Assembly (NCBI GenBank): GCA_963789955.1
Contig: CAWBMV010000034.1
Location: 768,001-832,000, forward strand
Length of the DNA: 64,000 nucleotides
Source: an uncultured Candidatus Rokubacteria bacterium
GTDB lineage: Bacteria; Methylomirabilota; Methylomirabilia; Rokubacteriales; CSP1-6
Direction: 5' to 3'
Below, piece by piece: positions 45,038 to 55,427 of this stretch (positions are counted from its first letter, which is position 1; the number at the start of each line of letters is the position of its first letter). Made by a program: the position numbers and the translations under genes. The notes below the pieces were generated by a model, which had not been told where the DNA came from, made no database searches, and was given only the letters and a program-made list of their open reading frames with translations.

Positions 45038-46267
45038 TTATCGAGCCCCGGCGGTGGCCGGACGAGCCACGGACACGACACGGGGCGCCCGGAAGGTCAG
45101 CGCGAGCACCATCGCCATCAGGCCGATCGCGGCCGAGCTGATGAAGAGCCAGGCGTAGGTGCCGAAGGCGTCGTGGATGAAGCCGCCGGCCCACGAGCCG
45201 AGGCCCATCCCGAGCGTCGAGATCAGGAACACCGCGCCGTACGCGCTGCCCATCACTTTCTCGCCGAAGTATTCGCGCGTCACGAGCGCGTAGAGCGGCA
45301 TCACGCCGCCGTACGAGATACCGAACAGCACCGCGGCAGCGTAGAAGCTCAGGGTGTCCCGAGTGAAGAGATACGAGAACACCATGACCGCCTGGAGCGC
45401 CAGGCCGACGAGCAACGTGGGCTTGGCGCCGAGCCGGTCGGCGATCATCCCGCACGCGATGCGCCCGCCCATCGACGAAAGCCCGGACACGCCGAGCACC
45501 GTCGCGGCGGCCATCGCGGTCACGCCCTGATCGATCGCGTGAGTCACCATGTGGAAGATCGGGCCGGCGTGGGCGGCGCAGCAGGCGAAGTGCGTGAGCG
45601 CGATCGCCCAGAATTGCGGCGCCCGGAGCACCTCGCGTGTGGAGAAATCGCGTTGCCGCGTGGCCGCGCCGCCGAGCGCGACGGCGCCCATGTCGGCGGG
45701 CGCGTTCTTGATGAGGAGTGCGACCGGGATCACCACCAGCCATGCGAGGTCGCCGAGCACGATCATCGCGACGCGCCAGTCGTACGCCGAGGTGACCCAC
45801 CGGGTCAGGGGCGAGAGCAGGAGCATCCCGGCGCCGCCGCCGGCGGAGACGATGCCGACCGCGAGCCCGCGATTGCTGGTGAACCACTTCGTCGCGGTCG
45901 CCGAGAGCGGTGTCAGGAAGGCGCCCGCCGCGAAACCCACGCAGAAGCCGAACGTCACGTGAAGATGCCAGAGCGTGGTCGCCTGGCTCGACAGAACCAG
46001 GCCGAGACCCAGCAGGAATCCGCCGGCGATCGTCACGAAGCGGCTGCCGAGACGATCGGAGACGGCGCCCCAGAAGAACGAGCCGACTCCCATCGCCATC
46101 CAGTTGATGAGCGCGGTCACGGACACGGAGCTGCGGCTCCAGTGCATCGAGTCCTCGAGCGGCTTGAGGAACACGCCGAGCGAGAAGAGCGAGCCCTGTC
46201 CCATGGCGACCACCGTGGCGGCGGCGAAGAGGACGACCCAGCCGTAGAAGAGTCCGCGCTGACTCAT
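45038..46267 (-). CDS. MFS transporter (OFA/MCT-like)
   Basis: FYGWVV, GAVSDRLGSR, KWFTSNRGLAVGI, about 12 TM segments. Confidence 0.9.
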   Translation of the reverse strand: MSQRGLFYGWVVLFAAATVVAMGQGSLFSLGVFLKPLEDSMHWSRSSVSVTALINWMAMGVGSFFWGAVSDRLGSRFVTIAGGFLLGLGLVLSSQATTLWHLHVTFGFCVGFAAGAFLTPLSATATKWFTSNRGLAVGIVSAGGGAGMLLLSPLTRWVTSAYDWRVAMIVLGDLAWLVVIPVALLIKNAPADMGAVALGGAATRQRDFSTREVLRAPQFWAIALTHFACCAAHAGPIFHMVTHAIDQGVTAMAAATVLGVSGLSSMGGRIACGMIADRLGAKPTLLVGLALQAVMVFSYLFTRDTLSFYAAAVLFGISYGGVMPLYALVTREYFGEKVMGSAYGAVFLISTLGMGLGSWAGGFIHDAFGTYAWLFISSAAIGLMAMVLALTFRAPRVVSVARPATAGAR

Positions 46268-46295
46268 GGGCGCAACTACGATAGCATGTAGCGCC

Positions 46296-47333
46296 ATGCG
46301 CCAACTTGCGTGGTCGGCTTTCGCGCTCGGCGTCGCCACGCTGATCGCGTTGTTGCTTCGCGCGGCGCTGCTGTCCCTGCTTCGTCGATGGGCTGTCTCG
46401 CCCGGCGGCTGGAACTCGCTCGCTCAGGCCATCCGGCTTCCGTCGGTCCTCTGGTCCATCGTGCTCGGAATCTGGGCCGGCAACGAGGTCGCCCGCCAGA
46501 GCGAGAGCCTCCCTCAGCGTCTGTCGCACCAGGTGGGCCTCGTGCTCGAGCTCGCGGTGATTTTCTCCGTGACCATCACGGTCTCGAACGTGCTCACGAC
46601 GCTCGTGCAGGGCGCCAGCGAGCGTCGGGCCCTCGGGCGTCCGATCACCGGACTCGGCCAATCAGTCGTTCGGGGTGTCGTGTTCATCATCGGGTTGCTC
46701 GTGCTGCTGGGCGCGCTCGGTATTGAGATCACGCCGATCCTCACCGCGCTGGGTGTGGGCGGCCTGGCGGTGGCGCTGGCGCTGCAGGACACGCTCTCGA
46801 ATCTCTTCGCCGGCGTGCACCTCCTCGCGGACAAGCCGATACGCGTCGGCGACTACGTGAAGGTCGCTGACTCCGTCGAGGGCCACGTCGTCGACATCGG
46901 ATGGCGCTCGACGCGCGTGCGGATGCTTCAGAACATCGTGGTCACGATCCCGAACAAGCGCGTCGCGGAGTCGACCATCACCAACTACGACATGCCCGAG
47001 TCGCGCATGGTGCTGCCGATCCGCGTTTCCGTCGACTACGGCGCCGATCCCGACGTGGTCCAGCGAGTGCTGCTCGAAGAAGCGGCGCAGGCCATGGGTC
47101 ACGTGCCGGGTCTGCTCGCGGAGCCGGAGCCCACGGCCCGGCTCATCCCCGGCTTCGGTGAGTACTCGCTCGATTTCACCCTGGCCTGTCACGTGAAGTC
47201 GTTCACCGACCAGTTCCTCGTTCAACACGAGCTCCGCAGGCGCATCCTCCGACGGCTCGGCGCCGAGGGGATCCGGATCCCCGTGCAAGTTCGCGGAGCG
47301 GAGCTGCGATCGGCTACAGACGGCCGGGGCTGA
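46296..47333 (+). CDS. mscS: Small-conductance mechanosensitive channel
   Basis: LGVGGLAVALALQDTLSNLFAG, IRVGDYV, IGWRSTRVR, IPN. Confidence 0.9.
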   Translation: MRQLAWSAFALGVATLIALLLRAALLSLLRRWAVSPGGWNSLAQAIRLPSVLWSIVLGIWAGNEVARQSESLPQRLSHQVGLVLELAVIFSVTITVSNVLTTLVQGASERRALGRPITGLGQSVVRGVVFIIGLLVLLGALGIEITPILTALGVGGLAVALALQDTLSNLFAGVHLLADKPIRVGDYVKVADSVEGHVVDIGWRSTRVRMLQNIVVTIPNKRVAESTITNYDMPESRMVLPIRVSVDYGADPDVVQRVLLEEAAQAMGHVPGLLAEPEPTARLIPGFGEYSLDFTLACHVKSFTDQFLVQHELRRRILRRLGAEGIRIPVQVRGAELRSATDGRG

Positions 47334-47396
47334 GATCTTCCCGGGTACGGCGGGTTGCTCACAAATACTCGTCGTGTGTATAGTAGTATCTCCGTC

Positions 47397-48605
47397 ATGG
47401 ACCTCAGGACCCGCGTCACCGTTCTCTCCGAGTCAGCCGACCGGGACGGCCCCCAGGGCTCGCTAATGCGTCCTGGCGACCCCGTAGGCATCACCAGGGT
47501 CCGCTACCCCGGCCGGGGCGCCACCCGGCTCATGCGGGTCATGCAGACGAACGCGTGCTCGCTGTCGTGTGGCTACTGCCCGACCTTTTGTGGGGGTCGG
47601 GTTCGGCGGACGTACCTGAGCCCGGAGGAGGTTGCGCGGGTCTTCATGGACGCCCACCGGGCGGGTCTTGCCGATGGGCTCTTTCTCACGTCCGGCGTAC
47701 CCGGACGGCCTTCCAAGATGACCGACCGCATGCTGGCCTCGGTCGAGCTCCTGCGTAGGCGTGAGGACTTTCAGGGCTATGTCCATCTGAAGCTGCTCCC
47801 GGGCGCCGAGCCCGCCCAGGTCGAGACCGCGGTGCAGCTCGCCAGCCGCGTCTCGGTCAATCTCGAAGCGCCGGGCTCGGCGTACGTCCGCGCCCTCGCC
47901 CGCGAGAAGGATTTCGCCGGCGATCTCCTGCCGAATCTCGAGCGGGCGGGGCGGTTGATGCTCGAGCGGCAGCGAGCCAGGGCTCCGTCGAAGTTCGCCG
48001 CGGTCGGCACGACGACTCAGTTCGTGGTGGGCGCGGCGGGCGAGCAGGATCGCGAGATTCTCGGCGTCGTGACGCAGCTCGAGCGGCGGCGGCTCCTGCA
48101 TCACGCGCACTTCAGCGCGTTTCAGCCGGTCGTCGGCACGCCGTTCGAGGGGAGACCCGCAACGCCGGCGAAGCGAGAGCTGAGGCTTTACCAGGCCGAG
48201 CATCTCGTGCGCCAGTACGGCTTCGGCTACGACGAGCTGATCTTCACCGCCGACGGAAATCTGCCGCTCGACGACGATCCCAAGACCGCGTGGGCGCTCG
48301 CCCATCCCGAGCGCTTTCCGGTCGAGGTCTCGCGCGCGCCGTACGAGAGCCTGGTGCGCGTGCCCGGGATCGGCCCCGCGACCGCGCGCGCCCTCGTCGA
48401 CGGACGGCGTCGTTCCGTGATCCGGTGGTCGGGCGATCTTCGAGCGGCCGGCGTTGATGTCGTGAGGGCGGGATGGTTCCTCACTTTGCGCGATCGCCGG
48501 CTCTCGAGCTCGCCGGAGCCGCGACAGCTTCGGCTCTTCCCGCACGGCGAACACCTGACTCAGGCGCCGTTTCGAACTCCCGTCCCGCCCTGCGCCTACC
48601 GCTGA
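47397..48605 (+). CDS. Putative DNA modification/repair radical SAM protein with HhH motif (TIGR03916-like)
   Basis: TNACSLSCGYC, GLFLTSG, GYVHLKLLPG, SVNLE, RELRLYQAE, DPKTAWAL, LVRVPGIGP. Confidence 0.85.
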   Translation: MDLRTRVTVLSESADRDGPQGSLMRPGDPVGITRVRYPGRGATRLMRVMQTNACSLSCGYCPTFCGGRVRRTYLSPEEVARVFMDAHRAGLADGLFLTSGVPGRPSKMTDRMLASVELLRRREDFQGYVHLKLLPGAEPAQVETAVQLASRVSVNLEAPGSAYVRALAREKDFAGDLLPNLERAGRLMLERQRARAPSKFAAVGTTTQFVVGAAGEQDREILGVVTQLERRRLLHHAHFSAFQPVVGTPFEGRPATPAKRELRLYQAEHLVRQYGFGYDELIFTADGNLPLDDDPKTAWALAHPERFPVEVSRAPYESLVRVPGIGPATARALVDGRRRSVIRWSGDLRAAGVDVVRAGWFLTLRDRRLSSSPEPRQLRLFPHGEHLTQAPFRTPVPPCAYR

Positions 48606-48682
48606 CTCACGCGGCCGGCAGGGGCGATGCGCCCCGAACGTTCGGGCAACGTCAAATCAATGATTCGAGTCGCGCGCTCGTA

Positions 48683-48698
48683 TGGCATCGTGTGTGCG
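48683..48698 (+). promoter_or_regulatory. Putative sigma-54 (-24/-12) promoter
   Basis: TGGCATCGTGTGTGCG = GG-N10-GC, about 37 nt before ATG 48735; IHF-like AATCAATGATTCG just upstream. Confidence 0.5.
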
Positions 48699-48734
48699 TA
48701 TGCGCGACAGGACGAACAAGGGAAAGGAGCATCC

Positions 48735-50414
48735 ATGCGCATCGATGGATTGATGGCGATGTCCGCGGCGGTTGTCCTGTTCACCGGCTGCGCGGCGCAG
48801 GGCCCGGATACGGCGCAGAGCGCGGCGCACGGGGCCCATGCGCAGAGCGGCGACGGCGCGCGCCCCGTTCTCTACGACACCCTGGGAAGCTACTCCTACA
48901 AGATCACGACCAAATCCGCAGAGGCTCAGCGCTGGTTCGATCAGGGCCTGCGCCTCGTCTACGGCTTCAATCATCACGAGGCCCAGCGCGCCTTCCGCGA
49001 GGCGGCACGCCTCGACCCCTCGTGCGCGATGTGCTTGTGGGGCATCGCCATCACGGAAGGCTCCAACTACAACGACCCCACGAACACTGAACGCGAAAAG
49101 AAGGCGGCGACCGCCGCCCAGGAGGCCGTGCGTCTCTCGGGCGGCGCGAAGCCGGCGGAGCGGGCGATGATCCAGGCTCTCGCGAAGCGTCATTCGAGCG
49201 ATCCGGCGGCCAAGCGCGAAGCGCTCGACCGCGCGTATGCCGACGCGATGCGAGAGGTGGCGCGACAGTATCCCGACGACCTCGAGGCGTCGACATTCTT
49301 CGCCGACTCGATGATGAACCTGCGGCCGTGGAGTCTGTGGACCGCCGACGGCGCGCCGCAGCCCGGCACCGAGGAGATCGTCGTCACGCTCGAGCGCGTC
49401 ATCGCCAGGAACCCGAATCACCCCGGCGCGCTCCACCTTTATATCCACGCGGTCGAGGCGAGCCGCGAGCCGGGACGCGCCGAGGCGGCCGCCGATCGGC
49501 TGAGGCCGCTGATGCCGGGGGCGGGACACCTGGTCCACATGCCGGCGCACATCTACTGGCGTGTGGGACGCTACGGCGACGCCGTGACGGTCAACGTGGC
49601 CGCGGCCGACGCGGACCGCGCGTATTTCAAGACGGCGACGCCGAGCCCGATTTATCGCGGACTCTACTATCCACACAACATCGATTTCATCTGGCAGTCG
49701 GCGGCCATGCAGGGGCGCAGCGCCGAGACCGTTCGCGCCGCGCGCGAGTTCGCCTCGAACGCTCCGGCGGAGATGATCAAGCAGATGCCGGACATGGAGA
49801 CGGCGCCGGTCGCGCCGATCGTGGCGCTCGTGCGCTTCGGGCGGTGGGACGAGGTGCTCGCCTATCCGGCGCCGCCGAGCGAGTGGACCTACACGTCGGG
49901 CGTGTGGCGCTACGCGCGCGGCATGGCGTTCAACGGCAAGGGGCAGGCCGAGCTCGCCGCGGGCGAGCTGCGCGCGCTGGAGACCATTCTGCAGTCGGTG
50001 CCGCCGGAGCGCACCGTCGCGTTCTTCTTCCGCGCGAAGAACGTGCTCCAGCTCGCGGCCAACTTGCTGGCGGGCGAGATCGCCGCGAAGGCCGGCGACT
50101 TCACGACCGCCGAACGGTTACTGCGCGCCGCCGTCGCCGAGCAAGACTCGCACTGGTTCACGGAGCCGCCGCCGTGGTACTTCCCGGTGCGCCAGTCGCT
50201 GGGGGCGGTGCTACTCCAGGCCGGCCGGCCCGGCGAGGCCGAGCAGGTCTACCGCGAGGACCTTCGGCGAAATCCGGGTAACGGCTGGTCGCTGTACGGG
50301 CTCGCGGCGAGCCTGCGCGCTCAAGGTAAGACGGCCGAGGCCGCGCAGGTCGACGAGAGCTTTCGGAAGGCGTGGGCGCAGGCCGACGTGACGTTGACGG
50401 CGTCCCGGTTCTAG
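48735..50414 (+). CDS. TPR-repeat lipoprotein
   Basis: RBS AAGGAG, lipobox FTGC, AQRWFDQG..YGFNHHEA, HPGALHLYIHAVE, GHLVHMPAHIY. Confidence 0.85.
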   Translation: MRIDGLMAMSAAVVLFTGCAAQGPDTAQSAAHGAHAQSGDGARPVLYDTLGSYSYKITTKSAEAQRWFDQGLRLVYGFNHHEAQRAFREAARLDPSCAMCLWGIAITEGSNYNDPTNTEREKKAATAAQEAVRLSGGAKPAERAMIQALAKRHSSDPAAKREALDRAYADAMREVARQYPDDLEASTFFADSMMNLRPWSLWTADGAPQPGTEEIVVTLERVIARNPNHPGALHLYIHAVEASREPGRAEAAADRLRPLMPGAGHLVHMPAHIYWRVGRYGDAVTVNVAAADADRAYFKTATPSPIYRGLYYPHNIDFIWQSAAMQGRSAETVRAAREFASNAPAEMIKQMPDMETAPVAPIVALVRFGRWDEVLAYPAPPSEWTYTSGVWRYARGMAFNGKGQAELAAGELRALETILQSVPPERTVAFFFRAKNVLQLAANLLAGEIAAKAGDFTTAERLLRAAVAEQDSHWFTEPPPWYFPVRQSLGAVLLQAGRPGEAEQVYREDLRRNPGNGWSLYGLAASLRAQGKTAEAAQVDESFRKAWAQADVTLTASRF

Positions 50415-50418
50415 CCGC

Positions 50419-50901
50419 CTACTTTCCCTTCTGGATGACCTCGGCCAGCTCGCCGGCGCGGGCCGTGTCGAGCGGGCGCAGCCGGTCGAGGACGCGGCGG
50501 GCGTCGTCGAGCCGTCCGAGCTTCACGTAGGCCTCGCCGAGATATTCGAGCGCCTCCGGGAAGTTCGGACGAAGCCGCAGTGCCTCGTCGTACGCCCGAA
50601 GCGACTCTGGATAGCGCCCCTGATTGCGTAGCGCGAATCCCAGCTCGTTCCAGGCTTCCGGGAACGCCGGTCGGAGCGTGACTGCGCTGCGCTGAGCCTC
50701 CACCGCCACGTTCCAGTCCTTGCTCAGCCGCGCACGCATGCCGCGGTCGTACTCGCTCTCCGCGGTCGGCGTCGCCGTCGGCTGCCGCACCTGGTCGGCG
50801 GCGGGATTGTTGCTCGGGTCGGCGAGCGCGATCCCGGGCCGCAGCATCGACGCCGCGACCGAGAGGCCCAGCGCGATGCGGCGCAGGGTCGTCAGGCTCA
50901 C
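50419..50901 (-). CDS. Exported TPR protein
   Basis: Signal peptide, EAWNELGFALRNQG, EALEYLGEAY; GTGA overlap with kdsB. Confidence 0.78.
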   Translation of the reverse strand: MSLTTLRRIALGLSVAASMLRPGIALADPSNNPAADQVRQPTATPTAESEYDRGMRARLSKDWNVAVEAQRSAVTLRPAFPEAWNELGFALRNQGRYPESLRAYDEALRLRPNFPEALEYLGEAYVKLGRLDDARRVLDRLRPLDTARAGELAEVIQKGK

Positions 50902-51653
50902 CGCGCTGCCCGTCCGCGCTCGGCCATCAACGCGGCGACGGCCTGGAGGTCGGCCTCGGTGTCGACGCCGATCGTCGGCTCCGTCGTCTCGACGACGATG
51001 ATGTCGATCCCGTTCTCGAGGAACCGGAGCTGCTCGAGCTTTTCGGTGAGCTCGAGCGGCGACGGCGCCAGACGATGAAACGCGTCGAGCGCCGGCTTGC
51101 GATACGCGTAGAACCCCGGATGCTTGAAGCGCACGACGCCGATCCCGTCGCGGTCGTACGGGATCGGGTACTTCGAGAAGTAGAGCGCCCGGCCGTCCAC
51201 GCCGCAGACCACCTTGTTCACGTTCGGGTTGTCGACCTCCTGAGGAGCCAGGCGGATCTTGAGCGTGCTCACCTGGGTCGCCGGGCGCTCGCGGAACGGA
51301 CTGACGAGAAGCCGGATGTGCTCCGGCGTCAGCAGCGGCTCGTCGCCCTGGACGTTGACGTAGACGTCCGCGGCGCGACTCTGCGCGACCTCCCAGATCC
51401 GATCGGTGCCCGACGGGTGCTCGGCCGACGTCATCACCGTCGGGATGCCGTACTTCGCGCACGCATCGACCACTTCCTTCGAGTCCGTCGCGACCAGCAG
51501 ATCCCCGAGATCCGGGGCTCGGCGCGCCGCTTCGTAGACGTGAACGATGAGCGGCTTGCCGGCGATGTCGCGAAGGACCTTGCGGGGCAGGCGAGTGGAC
51601 TGAAGGCGCGCCGGGATGACGCCGAGGACGCGGAGCGGGGCCGAGGCGCTCAC
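50898..51653 (-). CDS. kdsB: 3-deoxy-manno-octulosonate cytidylyltransferase
   Basis: VIPARLQSTRLPRK, HPSGTDRI, VNVQGDEP, ALYFS, EKLEQLRFLENG, GVDT. Confidence 0.95.
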   Translation of the reverse strand: MSASAPLRVLGVIPARLQSTRLPRKVLRDIAGKPLIVHVYEAARRAPDLGDLLVATDSKEVVDACAKYGIPTVMTSAEHPSGTDRIWEVAQSRAADVYVNVQGDEPLLTPEHIRLLVSPFRERPATQVSTLKIRLAPQEVDNPNVNKVVCGVDGRALYFSKYPIPYDRDGIGVVRFKHPGFYAYRKPALDAFHRLAPSPLELTEKLEQLRFLENGIDIIVVETTEPTIGVDTEADLQAVAALMAERGRAAR

Positions 51654-52645
51654 GGGAACGCGCGGAGTGTCCGGAGCTGAGACGCGCGCGCGTCGCCGCC
51701 GCCCGGCGCGAACGGTACGATCACCGGCTGGGTGAGTCCGGCGCGCGTGAACTCCGCGATGCGCTCACGGCAGAACGCCTCGGGCCCCACGACGCCGAGA
51801 CCCTCGAGGAAGCGCGGCGAGACCTGCTTCACGGCGCCGGAGCGGTCACCGGCGCGCCAGGCGGCGTTCAGCGCGTCGACCTCGTCGCCGAACCCGGCCG
51901 TCCTGAAGAAGCTCGCGTAGGCATCGACCGTCGCGTAGCCCGTGATGTCGCGCGCCAACGTCTCGCGGGCGGCGGTCGGGTCGTCGGTGACGCACGTGCG
52001 AATGAACGAGGCGATCTCGAAGTCGGCGAGGCTGCGGCCGGCCTTTCGCGCCCCGGACTCCAGATGCCCGATCGAGGCCGGTACCGTTTCCGGCGGGATC
52101 CAGTTCAACACGACGCCGTCGGCGATCTCGCCGGCGAGCTCGAGCATCTCGGGCCCGAGCGCCGCGAGCACCACGCGAACCGGTTTCGCGGGCGGCGGCA
52201 CCGTTAGACGGAAGTTTTTCACACGGTAGAACTTGCCCTCGAAATTCACGCGCTCGCCCGAGGCGACCATCCGGATGACCTGCACCGCTTCGCGAATCTG
52301 CTGCAGCGAGGGCGCGAAGCTGAGCCCGTGCCAGTCGCCGACGATGACCTTGCTGGAGAGCCCGATGCCGAGCAGGACCCGGCCGGGTGCCAGATGGTTG
52401 AGCGTCGCCGCGCTCTGGCCGAGGACCACCGGCGTTCGCGTCTGCACCGGCACGACGGCGGAGCCGACGTGGAGCCGGTCGGTATGGCTCGCGATCGTCG
52501 CCATGAGCGTGATCGCGTCGTAGCCGGAGGCTTCTCCGGTCCACGCCGCGTGGTAGCCGCGCGCCTCCGTCTCGCGCGCGACGGCGACGAACTCGGCCGC
52601 GGGCAAGGTGGCGAACGGAGCGAGCACGATGCCGAGTCGCGCCAT
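51650..52645 (-). CDS. LLM class flavin/F420-dependent oxidoreductase
   Basis: GRVLLGIGLS, LAALGPEMLELAGEIADGVVLNW. Confidence 0.87.
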   Translation of the reverse strand: MARLGIVLAPFATLPAAEFVAVARETEARGYHAAWTGEASGYDAITLMATIASHTDRLHVGSAVVPVQTRTPVVLGQSAATLNHLAPGRVLLGIGLSSKVIVGDWHGLSFAPSLQQIREAVQVIRMVASGERVNFEGKFYRVKNFRLTVPPPAKPVRVVLAALGPEMLELAGEIADGVVLNWIPPETVPASIGHLESGARKAGRSLADFEIASFIRTCVTDDPTAARETLARDITGYATVDAYASFFRTAGFGDEVDALNAAWRAGDRSGAVKQVSPRFLEGLGVVGPEAFCRERIAEFTRAGLTQPVIVPFAPGGGDARASQLRTLRAFP

Positions 52646-52664
52646 ATCGCGCGAGTATACCGCC

Positions 52665-53696
52665 TCAACCGTGGCCGTGATCGTGGTGGATGTCGGGCGT
52701 GTGCGGGTGCTCGTGCTCGATGGGACCCGTCGCGTGGGGATGGCTGTGCGGCTCCGGCCCTTCCCAGCCCTCGTGGGAGTGCTGGTGGTGTTCGTCGTGG
52801 ACGTGCACGTGAGCGTGCGTCCCCGTCGGGTGGCGGTGGTGGTGCAGGTGGCGCTCGTGAACCAGCAGCCACGTGGCCAGCGCCATGAGCGCCGCCGCCG
52901 CGAGCAAGCTGGTGGTCGGCGGCTCGCCGAGCAAGATCAGGCCGCCCGCGGCGCCGAAGAACGGCGCCGTCGCAAAATAGGCGCCGGCGCGCGCCGCGCC
53001 GAGCTCGCGCATCGCGAGGATGAGGAGGACGAGGCTCGTCCCGTAGCTCACCGCGCCGAGGGCAAGACCGAAGGCGATCGTGCCCGGCGAGGGCGGCGCC
53101 TGGCCGCTCGCGAGAGCGAGCAGGACGTTGACGGCGCCGGCAACGAGCCCCTTGACCTCGACGATGAGGAGCGGATCGCCCTCCGCGATGAGGCGGGTCA
53201 GGTTGTTGTCGAGCGCCCAGAAGAGGCACGCCCCGGTGACCGCGGCGGCGCCGGCCGCGATCGACGGATCACCCGGCGTCCAGCCCAGTACGACGCCGCC
53301 GGCGGCCATGACGACGGCCGCGACGGCGATCCGCCCGCCCAGGTGCTCGTTGAAGACGATCCCGGCCAGCAAGACCGTGAAGACGACCTCGAGATTGAGC
53401 AGGAGCGCCGTCGTCGTGGCCGAGCTTCGCTGAAGGCCCCAGAGGAGCAGGGGCGGGGCCAGCACGCCTCCCACGAGGACGACACCGGCCAGGATCCCGC
53501 GGTCGCGCGCGGTCAACGGCCGACCGGTCGCGGGACGGCGGCGCCAGAATCGCCGAACGAGACCGAGGAATATGCCGGCGCCGAGGTAGAGGATGCCGGC
53601 CAGGAACAGCGGAGGCACGGTGTCGAGCAGCCGCTTCGCGAGCGGCGCGCTGAGCCCGAAGGCCAGCGCGGCGATCAGCGCGTTGAGGATCGCCAT
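52665..53696 (-). CDS. EamA/DMT transporter with His-rich C-terminal tail
   Basis: About 10 TM segments, LLLNLE, WALDNNLTR, tail HERHLHHHRH...HTPDIHHDHGHG. Confidence 0.87.
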   Translation of the reverse strand: MAILNALIAALAFGLSAPLAKRLLDTVPPLFLAGILYLGAGIFLGLVRRFWRRRPATGRPLTARDRGILAGVVLVGGVLAPPLLLWGLQRSSATTTALLLNLEVVFTVLLAGIVFNEHLGGRIAVAAVVMAAGGVVLGWTPGDPSIAAGAAAVTGACLFWALDNNLTRLIAEGDPLLIVEVKGLVAGAVNVLLALASGQAPPSPGTIAFGLALGAVSYGTSLVLLILAMRELGAARAGAYFATAPFFGAAGGLILLGEPPTTSLLAAAALMALATWLLVHERHLHHHRHPTGTHAHVHVHDEHHQHSHEGWEGPEPHSHPHATGPIEHEHPHTPDIHHDHGHG

Positions 53697-53748
53697 GACG
53701 ACGCGCCGCCATTGTACTGGGCGGCGCCTCCCGATAGAGTGACGTTTG

Positions 53749-55419
53749 ATGACCTCGCTCACCGAGCGCCCCTCCGCGCCCGTCCGTGCGCCGCGAGGCA
53801 CCGAGCTTTCCTGCAAAGGCTGGCCGCAGGAGGCCGCGCTCCGGATGCTCATGAACAACCTCGATCCCGACGTCGCCGAGCGGTGGGAGGACCTGGTCGT
53901 CTACGGCGGATCCGGGAAGGCCGCCAGGAACTGGGAGGCGTACCACACGATCGTGCGCACGCTCCGCCGCCTCGGCGCCGACGAGACCCTGCTCGTCCAG
54001 TCCGGGAAACCGGTCGGCGTGTTCAGGACGCACGCGGACGCGCCGCGCGTCCTCATCGCCAACTCGCTGCTCGTGCCCGAGTGGGGCGACTGGGAGCATT
54101 TCAGGCGATACGAAGCGATGGGGCTGACGATGTATGGCCAGATGACGGCCGGCTCCTGGATCTACATCGGCACCCAGGGGATCCTGCAGGGCACCTACGA
54201 GACGTTCGGCGCCTGCGCGCGGCAGCACTTCGGCGGCTCGCTGGCCGGCCGCCTGGTGCTCTCCGCCGGCCTCGGGGGCATGGGCGGCGCGCAGCCGCTC
54301 GCCGTCACGTTGAACGGCGGTGTCGGGCTCTTCGTCGAGGTCGATCGCGAGCGCATCGAGCGGCGGCTCAGGCTCCGCTACGTCGATCGGGCCACGGCAT
54401 CGCTGGACGAAGCGCTCCGGTGGGCTGACGAGGCGCGCGCTCGCCGCGAGCCGGTCTCGATCGCGCTGCACGGCAACGCCGCCGCGATCCATCCCGAGCT
54501 CGCCCGGCGCGGCGTCCGCTTCGACGTCGTGACCGATCAGACCTCCGCCCACGACGTGATCAACGGCTACATCCCGGCGGAGCTGACGGTGGACGAAGCT
54601 CGGGCGCTCCGCGCCCGCGACCCCGAGGCCTATCGCACGCGCGCCTACGAGTCGATCGCCGCGCAGATGCGCGCGATGCTCGAGTTCCAGCGCGCCGGGG
54701 CCATTCTCTTCGACTACGGCAACAACTTCCGCCGCGAAGCGGAGAATGCGGGTGTCTCCGACTTCAGCTATCCCGGCTTCGTGCCTGCGTTCATCCGGCC
54801 GCTCTTCTGCGAGGGCCAGGGCCCGTTCCGCTGGGTGGCGCTCTCCGGCGATCCGGAGGACATCTACGCGACCGACCGCGCGCTGATCGACGCGATGCCG
54901 GAGAACGAGTCGCTCGTGCGCTGGCTTCGCCTGGCCCGCGAGCGCGTCAGCTTTCAGGGGCTGCCGGCGCGGATCTGCTGGCTCGGCTACGGCGATCGCG
55001 CACGGGCCGGGAAGATCTTCAACGATCTGGTCGCCCGCGGCGCCGTGAAGGCGCCCATCGTCATCGGGCGCGACCATCTGGACTCGGGCTCGGTCGCCTC
55101 GCCGAATCGCGAGACCGAGTCGATGCGCGACGGCTCGGACGCGATCGCGGACTGGCCCGTGCTCAACGCCCTGCTCAACACGGCATCGGGCGCCACGTGG
55201 GTGTCGGTACACCACGGCGGCGGTGTGGGTATCGGCTACTCGATCCACGCCGGGATGGTCGTCGTCGCCGACGGCACGGCCGACGCGGCCCGGCGGCTCG
55301 AGCGCGTGCTGACGACCGATCCGGGCACCGGCATCATGCGCCACGCCGACGCGGGCTATCCGGAGGCCATCGCGGCGGCCCACCGTCACTCCATCGATCT
55401 GCCGGGGATCACGGCGTGA
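53749..55419 (+). CDS. hutU: Urocanate hydratase
   Basis: [53 protein letters not shown]. Confidence 0.97.
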   Translation: MTSLTERPSAPVRAPRGTELSCKGWPQEAALRMLMNNLDPDVAERWEDLVVYGGSGKAARNWEAYHTIVRTLRRLGADETLLVQSGKPVGVFRTHADAPRVLIANSLLVPEWGDWEHFRRYEAMGLTMYGQMTAGSWIYIGTQGILQGTYETFGACARQHFGGSLAGRLVLSAGLGGMGGAQPLAVTLNGGVGLFVEVDRERIERRLRLRYVDRATASLDEALRWADEARARREPVSIALHGNAAAIHPELARRGVRFDVVTDQTSAHDVINGYIPAELTVDEARALRARDPEAYRTRAYESIAAQMRAMLEFQRAGAILFDYGNNFRREAENAGVSDFSYPGFVPAFIRPLFCEGQGPFRWVALSGDPEDIYATDRALIDAMPENESLVRWLRLARERVSFQGLPARICWLGYGDRARAGKIFNDLVARGAVKAPIVIGRDHLDSGSVASPNRETESMRDGSDAIADWPVLNALLNTASGATWVSVHHGGGVGIGYSIHAGMVVVADGTADAARRLERVLTTDPGTGIMRHADAGYPEAIAAAHRHSIDLPGITA

Positions 55420-55427
55420 GGTTCTCC

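Noticed and set aside
48633..48646. GAACGTTC as a LexA SOS box
   Set aside because: The Gram-positive box needs GAAC-N4-GTTC. This has no spacer and lies downstream of the repair gene.
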